Of a DNA stretch of 64,000 bases, positions 1-13,559 are shown one piece after another. The first letter of the stretch is position 1, and the number at the start of each line of letters is the position of its first letter. The position numbers and the translations under genes are program-made. The stretch comes from Takakia lepidozioides (lineage: Eukaryota; Plantae; Bryophyta). The notes under the pieces were generated by a model. The model made no database searches. It was not told the DNA's origin and worked only from the letters and a program-made list of their open reading frames with translations. The stretch covers positions 88,846,001 through 88,910,000 of the forward strand of contig CM060731.1 in assembly GCA_030704615.1 (NCBI GenBank), read 5' to 3'.

Positions 1-2086
1 CGTGAGGCTGTGCAGGAAGCACACGACATCATAAAAGAGGAGGTGAAATTGAGCCCCAGAGCCAGACCAAAGTTGATTCAGCTGAAGGCAGCCCACAAGA
101 TTGCTCTTGGCAAAATCGTGTCTGAAGATGGTTCAGACCGGGTGCCCTTGAACAAAGAGGAGATGCTTGACCTGTTGGAGTCCGTCTCGCATGTTTGTAG
201 TCCGAATGTGCGGAATCACATCGTATCTTGCAAGCAGGAGTTCGGCCGGGGGTGAAACCTCCACATGAAACACCCCAATTCCGGATGACTGGATATGACT
301 ACATCCAAGGTAGCAGGTTTCCAGGCAAGGAACGAATCCGATCGTTGTTACATTTTTAAAATGTTGACGTGTGGGCCTGGGAGTGGGAGTCGACTTGGTC
401 ACTCGCATGAACTGGAAACTTGTCGAATGCTTGGGTGATGTTTGATCACATCAAGCGAATTACAAACCATCAATGGGTGACTATGGGTGCGCATGTTTAT
501 GACTATCACTCCAAGAGGCTCATGACGATTGCAATCTGCGAGATGAAAGGGGAGGACACACAGTCGGAGATGCATTGTGGGGGCATAAACGAGCAGATGG
601 CAAGGGCGGGATTGCCAGAGCCCAATTTCAGGGGATTCATGGCAAACAACGCTCAGGCCAACTAGCGGCAGCGGTGCGGCGTGTGTACGGTGAGGACCCC
701 AATGTTCCAATGGAGGGGAAAGAGAGATCCTGTGGATTCCATGGATGCAGAGTCTATCTCACTACACTACAAATTGTTGCTAGCTCATTCCAGGCTGAAA
801 CCGTGTCCTTTGTACGGCGTGGAAGGATGCACCCACATTTGATGATGCGGAGGTTAGGTTTGCTATCATCGATGCTTGGTGGAACACGTCAAGTGCAGTG
901 GAGACAACCAATCTGGGAGCCTTGCACAGCTGGTTGGGGTGGTGGCATTTCCGGTATCAACAGTTCGGACAGTACATGCGGGAGGATGATGCTGTCATTT
1001 TCGTGCAATGTCTTTCTATTACGGACCTTTCCATTGGTTCCTCACCATCGTTTGTGTCCTTGTAGGAGGTGCTTGGATTCAACATGGACATGCCGAACAC
1101 GAATATGGCAAAATCGTGCACTCCTCCTGGCGAGCGTCTTCTGCCGCACATCTGTGGACGTAGTGACGGCCACAACGGAGGACATCGACAGAGCGATCAT
1201 GCAGCAAGCCACGTACTACAAGTTCCTGATCGGGAAATAATGGGGCTTTGGGCCGGACAAGGGGGAATTGTTGGTACGAACAGCTTCGAGGTCGAAGAAT
1301 CCACTGAAATGGGCGACAACATTGCGAGAGAAGATCAAAGGGACACCTCTGCACCGCAGAGGTGAGCACCTAGAGGGGACGTCCGTACTCGCCCTGTGAG
1401 GCGGAGGATTGAAGAGGAACCCGGGTGCGAAGAGGATTCCTGGAGATCCGACAGGAACATTCGGACAGCACCTCGAGGGGCCCGTCATGTTGCCGCACAA
1501 TGTGTCTTCCAGCAGTGGAAGCCCAAGAAATTCCAGATCGCCATCGCCTTCAAGCGGGGATTCCGTGCGAGAATTCCCACCGCTCGCTTGCCCCAGATTC
1601 CGCCCGCTGTTATGCAGTATGGCCAAGCCATTGTGGAGACGACTATGTCTGCGTCACAGTGGAGAATTGCTCGCTCAAAGCCGTCATTTCGAGGCAAGTA
1701 TTCCGCAATTCGAGTGGATACACGGCAACGTTGTTTAGAGATGATAAGGAGGAATCCAGATGGTGCTGTCCCTGCTCCTACTTTTACAGGAAGATTTGTC
1801 CATGCAAAGTTTGCGGAAACGACAAACACCCTGTTCTGGTTCTGCAGGCACGACATTATGACTTGCGTGTATGGAAAGCCCAAGTACGGCATACAAACAA
1901 TGCCAGAGGCTCCCCCGGTGTGGCCGGTGGAACCAGGCTGCGATCTGAGTCAGGTTGAGGCCGACGCCCTTACCGCCGCAGGATTTCGGATGGTGCAGCG
2001 CACTAACGTCCCCAGACAACCATTTCCGCTTCCACAGCCTCCACCACCGACCCCTATGAGAGCAAGAACAATGGGGGGACCCGACA
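1..2086 (+). pseudogene. Degenerate Mutator-like (MULE) transposase remnant, interrupted at 2086 by a gypsy LTR
   Basis: Frameshifted + strand pieces (420-665, 575-760, ~930-1240) read WVMFDHIKRI...MTIAICEMK...FRGFMANNAQAN*..VRRVYG..ERSCGFH and ATTEDIDRAIMQ. These resemble MULE DDE transposases with the CxxH motif. No TIR is seen. Confidence 0.55.
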
Positions 2087-2754
2087 TGTCGCGCACTCAC
2101 TTCGGTAAGCTCCCCCTCAAGTCATAGTTACTCGCTTGATGCGCGCGCCTAACTCCCAACCTGGCCGCCGGGCCAACTTGGAGCTCCGGCTGCTCCAAAG
2201 AACCCTCCAACGATTTGGAACCAACGGAATTCCCTTTGGTAGTTGGCAATCCGGAACAGCTCCCCACTCTTTGGTCGCTTTCCGGCTCGCTCGCTTACTC
2301 ACTAGTTTTTGGGCACCAACGGGCTTGCACCATTCTCGGGGTTACTACTCCCTATATATACTTCTGTAGTTGTCCGTGGGGGTTTCACAAACAACCATGT
2401 CATTTTATGGCGAACCACCACGAACACCCTTGACTCCGGTGATGAGTCGCGGTGAGTCTTGGCCCACCAACCACGGCCCTATGGACCGTGATGAGTCCAA
2501 GACTCCCCACGACCCACCATGAGGTCTCCGCCCCAGGGTGAGTCCTATGCCACCCCAATAAGTCCCGCTAAGCTACCACCACCCCACCGCAACCCGGTGT
2601 GCGGGGCTCCCTAGTGAGCGCCTCGCCTCCTTGAGTGCCTTGGGCACTCAAAGGTGCTTCAGCCCCCCATACCTATCGCTGCCACTGCCCCCACCACAGG
2701 GGCAGCCCCTACTTGTGTCCCGACCCCCTGCCCTCAAGGCAAAGGGCCGCGACA
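2087..2754 (-). repeat. 3' LTR (668 bp) of chromovirus family A
   Basis: It begins TGTCGCG and ends CGCGACA (7-bp terminal inverted repeat). Related sequence occurs at 6818-7118, 11414-11658, 16595-17073, 46096-46223 and 48544-49147. A PPT-like GGTAGGGGTGTG is adjacent on the minus strand. Confidence 0.9.
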
Positions 2755-3481
2755 CACACCCCTACCAACAGGGAGTCGATGTCCTTATCGGCTTGTCCAT
2801 TTTGTGGAAACGAACATCCAAGTTGTGGCGTCCACAATCAAGGAGTTTGTTTCCGTACCATGGCTTCCCATGGCAAAGAAGCAAACCCCACACTTGACTC
2901 TACTCTCCACTAGCTAGTTCGGCCAACTTCCTCCAAGTCCCGGCCAAGGGTGGAGCCTCTCAAGCTCCTCCCAGTGCACTCTTCTTGGCCTACTTCAAGG
3001 CCAAGGAACGATCCTCCCGAGGATCGAATCGCCTTACTACAACAACATTGCTCGCGACCGCTCATGATGCCGCTTTTGGCATCACCTTGAGCAAGGGTTC
3101 ACCTCGAACCCTCTTTGACTAGGAAGGTAACCTTGAACCAACCGCGCGCCTCAATCACTACAATTGGGTCCACCTTGGAATGTGGCCTGAGGTACGGGAA
3201 CACGCCGAAGCCGCACTACGACTTCGTCCCGAGGCTACACGATTATAGTACGTGAACAAAAGCACGTAGCTTCCGCGTTAGCCCACACTACAAAGCAACC
3301 CCCTTGGTAGCGCAGTTATAGTATGCGCACGCACCAGGTGCGCACTAGCACGTGAACTCCTAAAGAAGGCGCAAGTTTCCTTGCCCCTTGGATGGGAGTC
3401 ACCTGATTTCGGCACTGCGCAAACACATGGTTAACCCAATTTACCTCTCCTACTTTTGTAAGCTAGCATGCATTCTACACA

Positions 3482-6400
3482 CTAGCCAACACACCATGCA
3501 TCACCATCCACCTCGTACTCAGGTTCATTTTCATGATCCAACAACACAGGTGGCGGACGCAACACTTGATACGATTCGGACGCGCTTCTTTTGAAGTAAG
3601 GCTTCAAAATGGAGACGTGGAATACTGGATGCACCTTGCTGTTTGCCGGCAGCTCCAATTCATACACATCCTCATTCATAACCTTCCGGATGTGAAAGGG
3701 TCCCGCATACGGAGGTACGAACTTTGGACTCACTTCCGGAGGTAGTCGGAAATTCTTGATGTTCAACCGGACCTCCGTGCCTACCTCAAATTTCACTTCC
3801 CTCCGCTTCCGATTCGCCTGCCTTTCATACCGTTTCCTAGCTTTGGCAATGTTGTACTTTGCGAGCTTCAACAAACGCTCGCGTTCTTCCAGTACCGCCG
3901 CTACTGCCGGTTCCTCAACGTCCTGGGCGGCCCAACTTGTCGGCACCAGAGGTGCTTTTCCATAGACCAATACGAAAGGGGAAACTCCCGTTGCGGAGTG
4001 TTCTGTGTTATTATAACAGAACTTTGTCGCGTCTAAGTGTTCCACCTAGTCTGTTTGGTCTGCCGACACATAATTCCGCAAAATCTGCTTCACTACGGAA
4101 TTCACTCTTTCCGTTTGGCCGTCGGTCGTAGGTCGGAAGGCGGTGCTTATCTTCAGCCTCGTCCCCATCTTCTTCCAAAGTGCCCTCCAAAATTTATTCG
4201 TAAATTTGGATCGGTCCGAGACAATATCCTTCGAGACTCCATGATGCTTTAAGACGTGGGCGAAGTAAAGTCGCCCTGTTTCCTGTGCCGTTGTCGTCTC
4301 CTTGGTGGGGATGAAATGGCCCATTATATAGAACCTATCCACCACCACCATGATTGCATCGAATCCTTTTGACAGTGGCATAGCAGTCATGAAATCCATC
4401 GAGACGTTTTCCCATGTCCCCTTTGGAATCGGCAAGGATTGTAACAGCCCCGCTTGCTTTTTTGTACTCGCTCCGGTTTGTTGGCATGTGGTGCATGTCT
4501 TGACATACTCCTCTGCCTCCTCCCTCAGTTGGGCCAGAAATACTCTTTCTTCAAGAGTGCCGCAGTGCGTTTGGCTCGCCGTGGCCCGCAAGCGGGCTAT
4601 CATGGCATTCTCTCAAGAGGCTATCTCTGATCCCTCCCTTCGGCACGTAGAGACGCTTTTGCTTATACCGGAGCAGTCCATTTTGCAAGTGGAACTGCGA
4701 TTTAACCCTCATCCTCAAGTCCTGCATCACGGACTTCGCCAGCTCATCCTTCCGGCAAGCCTTCGGATCTTCCTTGGAGCGTCGTCTCGCCCCTGTACAC
4801 CAACATGAGCTGCTGCTTTCTACTTAAAGCATCGACCACCACGTTCTCCCGTCCCGGTTTGTACTGGATATCCACGTCGAACACCGCCAAAGTATCTTGC
4901 CACCTAAGTTGTTTTGGGGACAACTTGGGCTGCGTGGCAAAAACTTCACCGTGACATTGTCCGTGAACACCTTCACGGTTGGAACCAACATAGTGGCGCC
5001 AAAGCTCAAGACAGTGCACCACGCCTTCATCTCTTCTCGTGCGTCGGCCACCGTCGCTCCACTCCATTCAGTTTCTTACTTTCGTAAGCCACTGGACGTC
5101 CATCTTGCATCAGTACACCCCCAATCGCGAAGTCCGACGCATCTGTATGAATCTCGAACGGACGATCGAACTCCGGGATTTTCAAGACTGGAGCTTCCGC
5201 CATCCTCTGCTTCAATTCAGCAAAGGCTTGGCCACAAAAGGTGTTCCATGCCTAGACTTTGGACTTACACAGAAGGTCTTACAGCGGCCCCGCGATCTTG
5301 ACGAAATTTCTCACATACTTCCGGTAATAGGAGGCGAGTCCTAGGAAGGATCGCACTCCCGGGACCGAAGTCGGAGGTTCCCAGTCCAAGATTGCTCTCA
5401 CCTTCCTGTCATCCATTCTGATCCCATCCTGTGTAATCACATGCCCCAGGAACTCCACTTTTCTAACCCCGAATTCGCACTTTGAAGCTTTGGCATACAG
5501 CTTCCCTTCCCGCAATTTCTGGAACACCCTTTTGAGGTGTTCCAGGTGCTCCTCCTTTGTTTTCGAATACACCAAGATGTCGTCGATGTACACGATCACA
5601 AAGTCATCCAACCACTCCTGGAAAAGGTTGTTCATCAGCGTGCTAAAAGTCGCGGGAGCGTTGGTGAGTCCAAAAGGCATCACAAAGAACTCATATGAAC
5701 CATACCTTGTCCTGCACGCGGTCTTCTCCTCATCTCCTTCCGCCACTCGAATTTGATGATAGCCGGAGCGCAGATCGATCCGGCTGAAATACTTCGCTCC
5801 TGCCAACCGATCGAAAGGTCGTCGATCCTTGGCAAAGGGTACCGGTTTTTGATAGTCACCTTATTCAAAGCCCTGTAATCGACACACATCCGCAGCGTCC
5901 CATCCTTCTTGTCTGCGAATAGCACCGGGCTCCATAAGGTGACTTACTCGGGATGTACCCCTTTGACATTAGATCTTTGAGCTGAGTCTTCAGCTCGACC
6001 AACTCTCTGTGGCTCAACCGGTAGGGCGCCTTGGCAGGCGGTTCCGATTCCCGGTATCACCTCAATCTTGTGGTCAACTCTTCTTCCCGGTGGCAAGCCG
6101 CTTGGTAAATCCTCCGGCATCACATCCTGGTATTTCTCCAAAATCCCCTTGATCCAATCTGGGCTCGGCTCCCCATCGCCTTCTCCCTTCACTTCTCTAA
6201 TGTAGAGCAAAAACTGGGGCTCGTGTGCCTCCTCCACGGCCCAATCCCTTGCTGACAGGAGGTTTATTCGCCCTCCCACGGGTTTGGGCGTTTCCGACAC
6301 TCGTAAAACCTCGCCACCATCCCCACATGGCAGCGTGACTACTCTCTTGCGGCCATCTATGACCGCTCCGGATTTGCTCAAAAAGGTCATCCCCAAAATC

Positions 6401-6817
6401 AGATCCACTCCATCGATCTCACAAATGGTGAAGTTCTCACGTCCTTCCCAACTCCCCAGTTGAAGAGGGACATCAAACGCCAACCTCGTCGCCAATTGCG
6501 TTTCTCCTTTGGCAGAACGCACCTCAATAGAGGCCCCCACGTCACTTGTCGGGAGTCCCAGCTTTTGTGCCGTTGCCGGTGTCATGAAGGACTGATGGTA
6601 TCTTCCGACAGCTCCGTGGTCGCCCGAGTCATGTTCAATTGTCGGGGCTTCGTGCACTACTTGGCCATGTGCCCGGGCTCCCCGCAATTGAAACACACTC
6701 CATCAAAGGTTGCCTTCTGTCCGCCATAGGCCGCTCCACCCGCTTTTCCTTTCGAAGCACTGGGTGCCGCCTTGACGTGTGAAGGCCCTCCCTTCGATTT
6801 CCACGTGCCATTGTCGC
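3482..6817 (-). pseudogene. pol: pol copy 1 (gag C-terminus, deleted PR, RT, RNase H, integrase; chromodomain lost)
   Basis: Motifs include [14 protein letters not shown] (5279-5806), TDASDFAIGGVL, integrase SMDF...TDGQTERVN and GPF. There are several frameshifts, and the protease DTG motif is deleted. Confidence 0.92.
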
Positions 6818-7118
6818 CTCGTCGCGGTGAGTCTTGGCCCACCCACCATGGCCCCATTGGGCCGTGATGAGTCCCAAGACTCCCCACGACTCCCACCACG
6901 AGGTCTCTGCCCCCATGTTGAGTCCTATGCCACCCCCACTAAGTCCCACTAAGCTACCACCACCCCTTGTGGAGCCACCCCCACCGCAACCCGGTGTGCG
7001 GGACTCCACCTAGTGAGCGCCTCCGCCTCCTTGAGTGCCTTTGGCACTCAGGGGTGCTTCAGCCCCCCGTACCTATCATTGTCACTGCCCCCACCACAGG
7101 GCAGCCCCTCTTGTGTCC
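6818..7118 (-). repeat. Internal LTR fragment, family A
   Basis: It matches about 2445-2720 and is joined to gag through a short GTCGCG-like microhomology. Confidence 0.85.
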
Positions 7119-8098
7119 GTGAAGCCTAAGGAACCCAGCACCTTCGAGGGCGTCCGGAATCGGAAGGCACTCAACACCTGGCTCTTGGAGCTAGAGCAGT
7201 ACTTCCGGGCGGCCAAGTTGAGTGACGAGGATCGGGTGGAAGTGGCTCCCACCTATTTGAGGGGCTATGCTCAACAATGGTGGCAGAAACGCCTTCACGA
7301 CCGAGGTCCAAGCCCGGAAACCTTGAACTGGAGTGGGTTCAAGGAATTGATGAAGAGGCAGTTTGTGCCCGTCAACGCGTCCTGGTTTGCCTTGGACAAG
7401 ATGAGGAATTTGAAGCAAATAGATGACATTCGGGGATATGTCCAGGCTTTCAATGTGCTGTTGCTCGAAGTCGCGGACATGGCAGAACCAGAAATGGTCT
7501 TCATCATTGTGGCGGGACTGGCCCCATGGGCCAGGCGGAAGTTGGAGGAGAAGCCACCTAAGACTTTGAACGAGGCAATTGAGAGGCTGAATGTTTTCTC
7601 GGATGTCCCTAGGGGTGAAAGACAAGGCCGTACGGAGCTGAACCACAAGAAGACCCGGCGGGAAGGTGACTCCTTCCGACCGGAAAAGAAGTGGAATAGG
7701 CCACGCGACGACAATGGCACCTGGAAATCGAAGGGAGGGCCTTCACACGTTAAGGCGGCACCCGGTGCTTCGAAAGGAAAAGCGGGTGGAGCGGCCTATG
7801 GCGGACAGAAGGCGACCTTTGATGGAGTGTGTTTCAATTGCGGGGAGCCCGGGCACATGGCCAAGTAGTGCACGAAGCCCCGACAATTGAACATGACTCG
7901 GGCGACCACGGAGCTGTCGGAAGATACCATCAGTCCTTCATGACACCGGCAACGGCACAAAAGCTGGGACTCCCGACAAGTGACGTGGGGGCCTCTATTG
8001 AGGTGCGTTCTGCCAAAGGAGAACCGCAATTGGCGACGAGGTTGGCGTTTGATGTCCCTCTTCAACTGGGAAGTTGGGAAGGACGTGAGAACTTCACG
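7119..8098 (+). pseudogene. gag: Inverted gag / zinc-knuckle / protease segment of family A
   Basis: Retrotrans_gag-like VKPKEP...AQQWW...NWSGFKELMKRQF, the knuckle [12 protein letters not shown] and a PR tail ending GRENFT, all on the strand opposite to the flanking pol. Confidence 0.9.
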
Positions 8099-11000
8099 AG
8101 ATACTTCGCTTCTCGGTTCTTGAACCTCCTCGACTTAAGCACTGCCTCCACCTTGTACTCAGGTTCATTTTCATGATCCAACAGCACAGGTGGTGGACGT
8201 AACACTTGATGCCGATTCGGACGCGCTTCATCTTTGAAGTAAGGCTTCAAAAGGGAAACGTGGAATACTGGATGCACCTTGCTGTTTGCCGGCAGCTCCA
8301 ATTCATACACATCCTCATTCGTAACCTTCCGGATGCGAAAGGGTCCCGCATACGGAGGTACGAACTTCGGACTCACTTCCGGAGGTAGTCGGAAATTCTT
8401 GATGTTCAACCAGACCTCCGTGCCTGCCTCAAACTTCACTTCCCTCCGCTTCCGATTCGTCTGCCTTTCATACCGTTTCCTAGCTTTGGCAATGTTGTAC
8501 TTTGCGAGCTTCAACAAACGCTCGCGTTCTTCCAGTACCGCCGCTACTGCCGGTTCTTCAACGTCCTGGGCAGCCCAACTTGTCGGCACCAGAGGTGCTT
8601 TTCCATAGACCAACACGAAAGGGGAAACTCCCATTGTGGAGTGTTCCGTGTTATTATAACAGAACTCTGCCGCGTCTAAGTGTTCCACCCAGTCTGATTG
8701 GTCTGCTGACACGTAATTTCGCAAGATTTGCTTCACTACGGAATTCACTCTTTCCGTTTGGCCGTCGGTCGTAGGTCGGAAGGCGGTGCTCATCTTCAGC
8801 CTCGTCCCCATCTTCTTCCAAAGTGTCCTCCAAAATTTACTCGTAAACTTTGGATCGCGGTCCGAGACAATATCCTTCGAGACTCCATGATGCTTTAAGA
8901 CGTGGGCGAAGTAAAGTCGCCCTGTTTCCTGTGCCGTTGTCGTCTCCTTGGTGGGGATGGAATGGCCCATTATATAGAACCTATCCACCACCACCATGAT
9001 TGCATCGAATCCTTTTGACAGTGGCATAGCAGTCATGAAATCCATCGAGACGCTTTCCCAAGTCCCTTCTGGAATCGGCAAGGGTTGTAACAGCCCCGCT
9101 TGCTTTTTGTACTTGCTCCGGTTTTGTTGGCATGTGGTGCATGTCTTGACATACCCCTCTGCCTCCTCCCTCAGTTTGGGCCAAAAATACTCTTTCTTCA
9201 AGAGTGCCGCAGTGCGCTTGGCTCCGCCGTGGCCCGCAAGCGGGCTATCATGGCATTCTCTCAAGAGACTATCTCTGATTCCTCCCTTCGGCACGTAGAG
9301 ACGCTTTTGCTTATACCGGAGCAGTCCATTTTGCAAGTGGAACTGCGATTTAACCCCCATCCTCAAGTCCTGCATCACGGACTTCGCCAGCTCATCCTTC
9401 CGGCAAGCCTTCCGGATCTTCCTTTGGAGCGCCGTCTCGCCCCTGTACACGAACATGAGCTGCTGCTTTCTACTTAAAGCATCGGCCACCACGTTTTCCC
9501 GTCCCGGTTTGTACTGGATATCCACGTCGAAACACCGCCAAAGTATCTTGCCACCTAAGTTGTTTTGGGGACAACTTGGGCTGCGTGGCAAAAATTCACC
9601 GTAACATTGTCCGTGAACACCTTCACTGGGTTGGAACCAACATAGTGGCGCCACAGCTCAAGACAATGCACCACCGCCTTCATCTCTTTTTTGTGCGTCG
9701 GCCACCGTCGCTCCACTTCATTCAGTTTCTTACTTTTGTAAGCCACTGGACGTCCATCTTGCATAAGTACACCCCCAATTGCGAAGTCCGACGCATCTAT
9801 ATGAATCTCGAACGGACGATCGAACTCCGGGATTTTCAAGACTGGAGCTTCCACCATCCGCTGCTTCAATTCAGCAAAAGCTTGGCCACAAAGGGTGTGT
9901 TATACCCAGACTTTGGATTTACACAGAATGTCCGACAGCGGCCCCGCGATCTTGGCGAAATTTCTCACATACTTCCGGTAATAGGAGGCGAGTCCTAGGA
10001 AGGATCGCACTCCCGAGACCGAAGTCGGAGGCTCCCAGTCCAAGATTGCCCTCACCTTTCTGTCATCCATTTTGATCCCATCTTGTGTAATGACATGCCC
10101 CAGGAATTCCACTTTTGTGACCCCGAATTCGCACTTTGAAGCTTTGGCGTATAGCCTCCCTTCCCGCAATTTTTGGAACACCCTTTTGAGGCGCTCCAGG
10201 TGCTCCTCCTTTGTTTTCGAGTACACCAAGATGTCGTCGATGTACACGATCACAAAGTCATCCAACCACTCCTGGAAAAGGTTGTTCATCAGCGTGCTAA
10301 AAGTCGCGGGAGCGTTGGTGAGTCCAAAAGGCATCACAAAGAACTCATATGAACCATACCTTGTCCTGCACGCGGTCTTCTCCTCATCTCCTTCCGCCAC
10401 TCGAATTTGATGATAGCCGGAGCGCAGATCGATCCGGCTGAAATACTTCGCTCCTGCCAACCGATCGAAAAGGTCGTCGATCCTTGGCAAAGGGTACCGG
10501 TTTTTGATAGTCACCTTATTCAAAGCCCTGTAATCGACACACATCCGCAGCGTCCCATCCTTTGTCTGCGAATAGCACCGGGGCTCCATAAGGTGACTTA
10601 CTCGGCCGGATGTACCCCTTTGACATTAGATCTTTGAGCTGAGTCTTCAGCTCGACCAACTCTCTGTGGCTCAACCGGTAGGGCGCCATGGCAGGCGGTT
10701 CCGATCCCGGTATCACCTCAATCTTGTGGTCAACTCTTCTTCCCGGTGGCAAGCCGCTTGGTAAATCCTCCGGCATCACATCCTGGTATTTCTCCAAAAT
10801 CCCCTTGATCCAATCTGGGCTCGGCTCCCCATCGCCTTCTCCCTTCACTTCTCTAATGTAGAGCAAAAACTGGGGCTCGTGTGCCTCCTCCACGGCCCAA
10901 TCCCTTGCTGACAGGAGGTTTATTCGCCCTCCCACGGGTTTGGGCGTTTCCGACACTCGTAAAACCTCGCCACCATCCCCACATGGCAGCGTGACTACTC

Positions 11001-11361
11001 TCTTGCGGCCATCTATGACCGCTCCAGATTTGCTCAAAAAGGTCATCCCCAAAATCAGATCCACTCCATCGATCTCACAAATCGCCTTCAACACGTCTTT
11101 CAACGTCCCGCCAAACTGCGCCAACAACCCTTCCCAAAAGGCTGCCGGCATGGGAGGCATCTCTTGGTTTGTCGGAGCTGTCAAGGATTCCTCGGGCTCC
11201 GACTCCTCGGATTCCTCCCGCTCTTGGGCGGCCTCGTTTTCGGAAACATGCATCGCTTCCTCAAACGGCCGCCTCGGTAACACGCCGCCCCCATCGGGCT
11301 CACCGGGATCATCATCTTTTGGGCCATTCCGCTTTCGCTTCGGCTTGCCCGACCCCATGAT
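8091..11361 (-). pseudogene. pol: pol copy 2 (gag N-terminus fused to PR tail, RT, RH, INT, chromodomain start)
   Basis: YIDD in 9900-10589; integrase HHCC and DDE in 8062-9654; chromodomain start EYKVEAVLKSRRFKNREAKYLVKF; in-frame deletion junction DVLKA|ICEID at about 11083. Confidence 0.93.
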
Positions 11362-11399
11362 GAGGCCAATCCCAAGGACGATGGCGTACTGAACTCTAC

Positions 11400-11411
11400 G
11401 CTCTGATACCA
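11400..11411 (-). promoter_or_regulatory. Primer-binding site, tRNA-iMet type
   Basis: TGGTATCAGAGC on the minus strand, 2 nt from the LTR end CA. Confidence 0.9.
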
Positions 11412-11413
11412 AG

Positions 11414-11658
11414 TGTCGCGCACCTCAATTCGGTAAACTCCCCTTCAAGTCATAGTTACTCGCTTTGATGCGTGCGCCTGACTCCCAACCTGGCCGCCGG
11501 GCCAACTTGGAGCTTCGGCTGCTCACCGGGACATAACGGTCCCCCTTCGCTTCCCTCTAAAACCCTCCACCTAATTGGGACTAGGAGAATTCCCTTTGGT
11601 AGATGGCAGTCCGGAACAGCTCCCCGCTCTTTGGTCGCTTTCCGGCTCGCTCGCTTAC
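11414..11658 (-). repeat. 5' LTR, U5-side half (the other half is at 16595-17073)
   Basis: It starts TGTCGCG, matches about 2087-2298 and stops at CGCTTAC. Confidence 0.88.
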
Positions 11659-12399
11659 ACATCATGTGCATGCGTATATATATATATGTAAAATTGACCT
11701 CAAACGTCGTGTACATCATCCCTACTACTTACCTGGCCCTCCGAACTCCCGGGGCTAAATCCCTCACTACCGTCATCACCATCGGGGTCACCATCAAACC
11801 TTTTTTTGTTCTGCCAATATTGTTTCTGACATGTGAGGAGAGGATCGTCTTCATGTACGGGAAGTAGACGTGAATGTGTGCATGCATTTTCTGGCCCAGC
11901 TGCATGCTTTCCAGGAACAAAGACCAGTGGAATGGGGGGTGTCTCCAAAGGAGCAGGACCGAACGACACCTTTTTGTGCTTCCCTTGCTTTCCTTCTCAC
12001 CGTTGTTGCATTCTCCCACCTGCCCAACAACAGCACTCTCGAAGCAATAGCATGACATATGTTGCAACATGGTCTTCTTCACCAGTGAATGAGATTTTTT
12101 GCTACATGTACTGCCACGTCCACATTAACGTTGATCCCTGCAAGCACTTGGCAAGACACCCCAGAGCCGCAAATCTAGCAACCACCACAAACACATCTAA
12201 CTAATTGTAGTGACACGGGAATAGCTCACTTGTAGAGGAATTGAACCTCCAGCCAAATGAATGGCTCTGCCCCTTGTAGCACAAGTGCGATGCAAAAACA
12301 AGGTGAGTACAAAATGAAGAAGCACTTACGAGGGTCCCCATCCCTCGGATGGGCTCCCACTTGTGCTCTGGAACTGTGCAGGCCTGACTAGCACCAAAT

Positions 12400-13450
12400 T
12401 GCATGAATCCTAAGCCTGAATGTTAAATGCAGGTTTATGTCGCAATGCAGCACGTCATCATCTAACCTGTAGTTTCCAGTTTCACTGGTGTCACAACTGC
12501 CTTCAAGTCAACATCAAAATTAAGTCCACCTATGCGCAAATCGCAGAATGTCTCATGACACCATCGCCGCTGGTTTGGCATGATATGATTGTAGTTCACA
12601 ACCTTAATGAACACTTTCAGCCTTGATCTCTTTGCGATCTTCTCTGTGTGACTGCTTCTTCATAATTATGAAAGGGAAAAAGCAGCTACACATCAAATTC
12701 TTGCAAGTACAGGGGGGTACTCAGGCCTCCTTGGGAGAAAGAGTGCCATAAACACAGACACATCTTTAAATGTAAAAATTGGAGAAGCGAACGTCTGGTG
12801 GCAATAACTGCCTAAACCAGAATTATACTCCATTCCAGCGCACATGTAAAGGGTCGGATGATAACTCGGAATCCCAGTTGGAGATAATGAGACGAATACA
12901 TGACTATCTTGCGAGTTTCAACTTTCTTGGAGGTAGTTTCCAGTTTCTCTGGTGTCATAACTGCCTTCAAGCTGGGTTTAGAGGAATTAAGTCCCACTCG
13001 CAAATGCAGAATGTCTCCCTCATCTGCGTGGGCAAAATGGGGTTTGGCATGATATGATTGTAGTTCACAACCAAAGGGCATATTCTTCAGCCTTGACGTC
13101 TTTGCGATCTTCTTCTGTGATGCCTTCTGCATAACTTGTGAAATGGAAAAGCAGCTACACATCAAATTATTGCGATGCCACTCAATGGCACTATGAACGT
13201 TCGAGCATGCTGTCAGAAAACTAGAGGCAAAAACCCAATTCAGCAGCCTCACCTTGCGTGGATACTTGGGAATTGATGCCCGAAGAGCATGCCCGTATGC
13301 GCGCTCCATCGTGCCTCCATCCAGCACATTCTGTAAATGATGAATGACCAAGACCCCGATGTCACACCGTTCTGAGAAGCCACTACGCGCGCTCACAGTA
13401 TACGAAGGCCTTGCCGTGTCAGGATTTCCATTCCCACGTCCCGCCATGTC
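12400..13450 (-). pseudogene. Unknown multi-exon gene inside CACTA-B, with a duplicated exon
   Basis: The ORF starts MAGRGNG...PRK with donor AG|GTGAGG at about 13253. Two diverged ~240-bp copies (about 12470-12705 and 12932-13170) each carry an exon-like block and acceptor. Confidence 0.35.
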
Positions 13451-13559
13451 CGACGCAGCACTTGCATCCTTGTCTCTGCCAGGTGGAGGCAACACGTATT
13501 AAAATATCTATTCCCCCAAGGCCACATTTTGTTTACCTCTTTTTGTGAAAGCCACGTCA

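Larger units (their letters stand above)
2087..11658 (-). mobile_element. Rearranged, partly duplicated Ty3/gypsy chromovirus (Galadriel-like) complex
   Basis: Order is LTR, pol copy 1, LTR fragment, inverted gag-PR, pol copy 2, gag N-terminus, PBS, partial LTR. Domain order is PR-RT-RH-INT-chromodomain. Confidence 0.9.
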
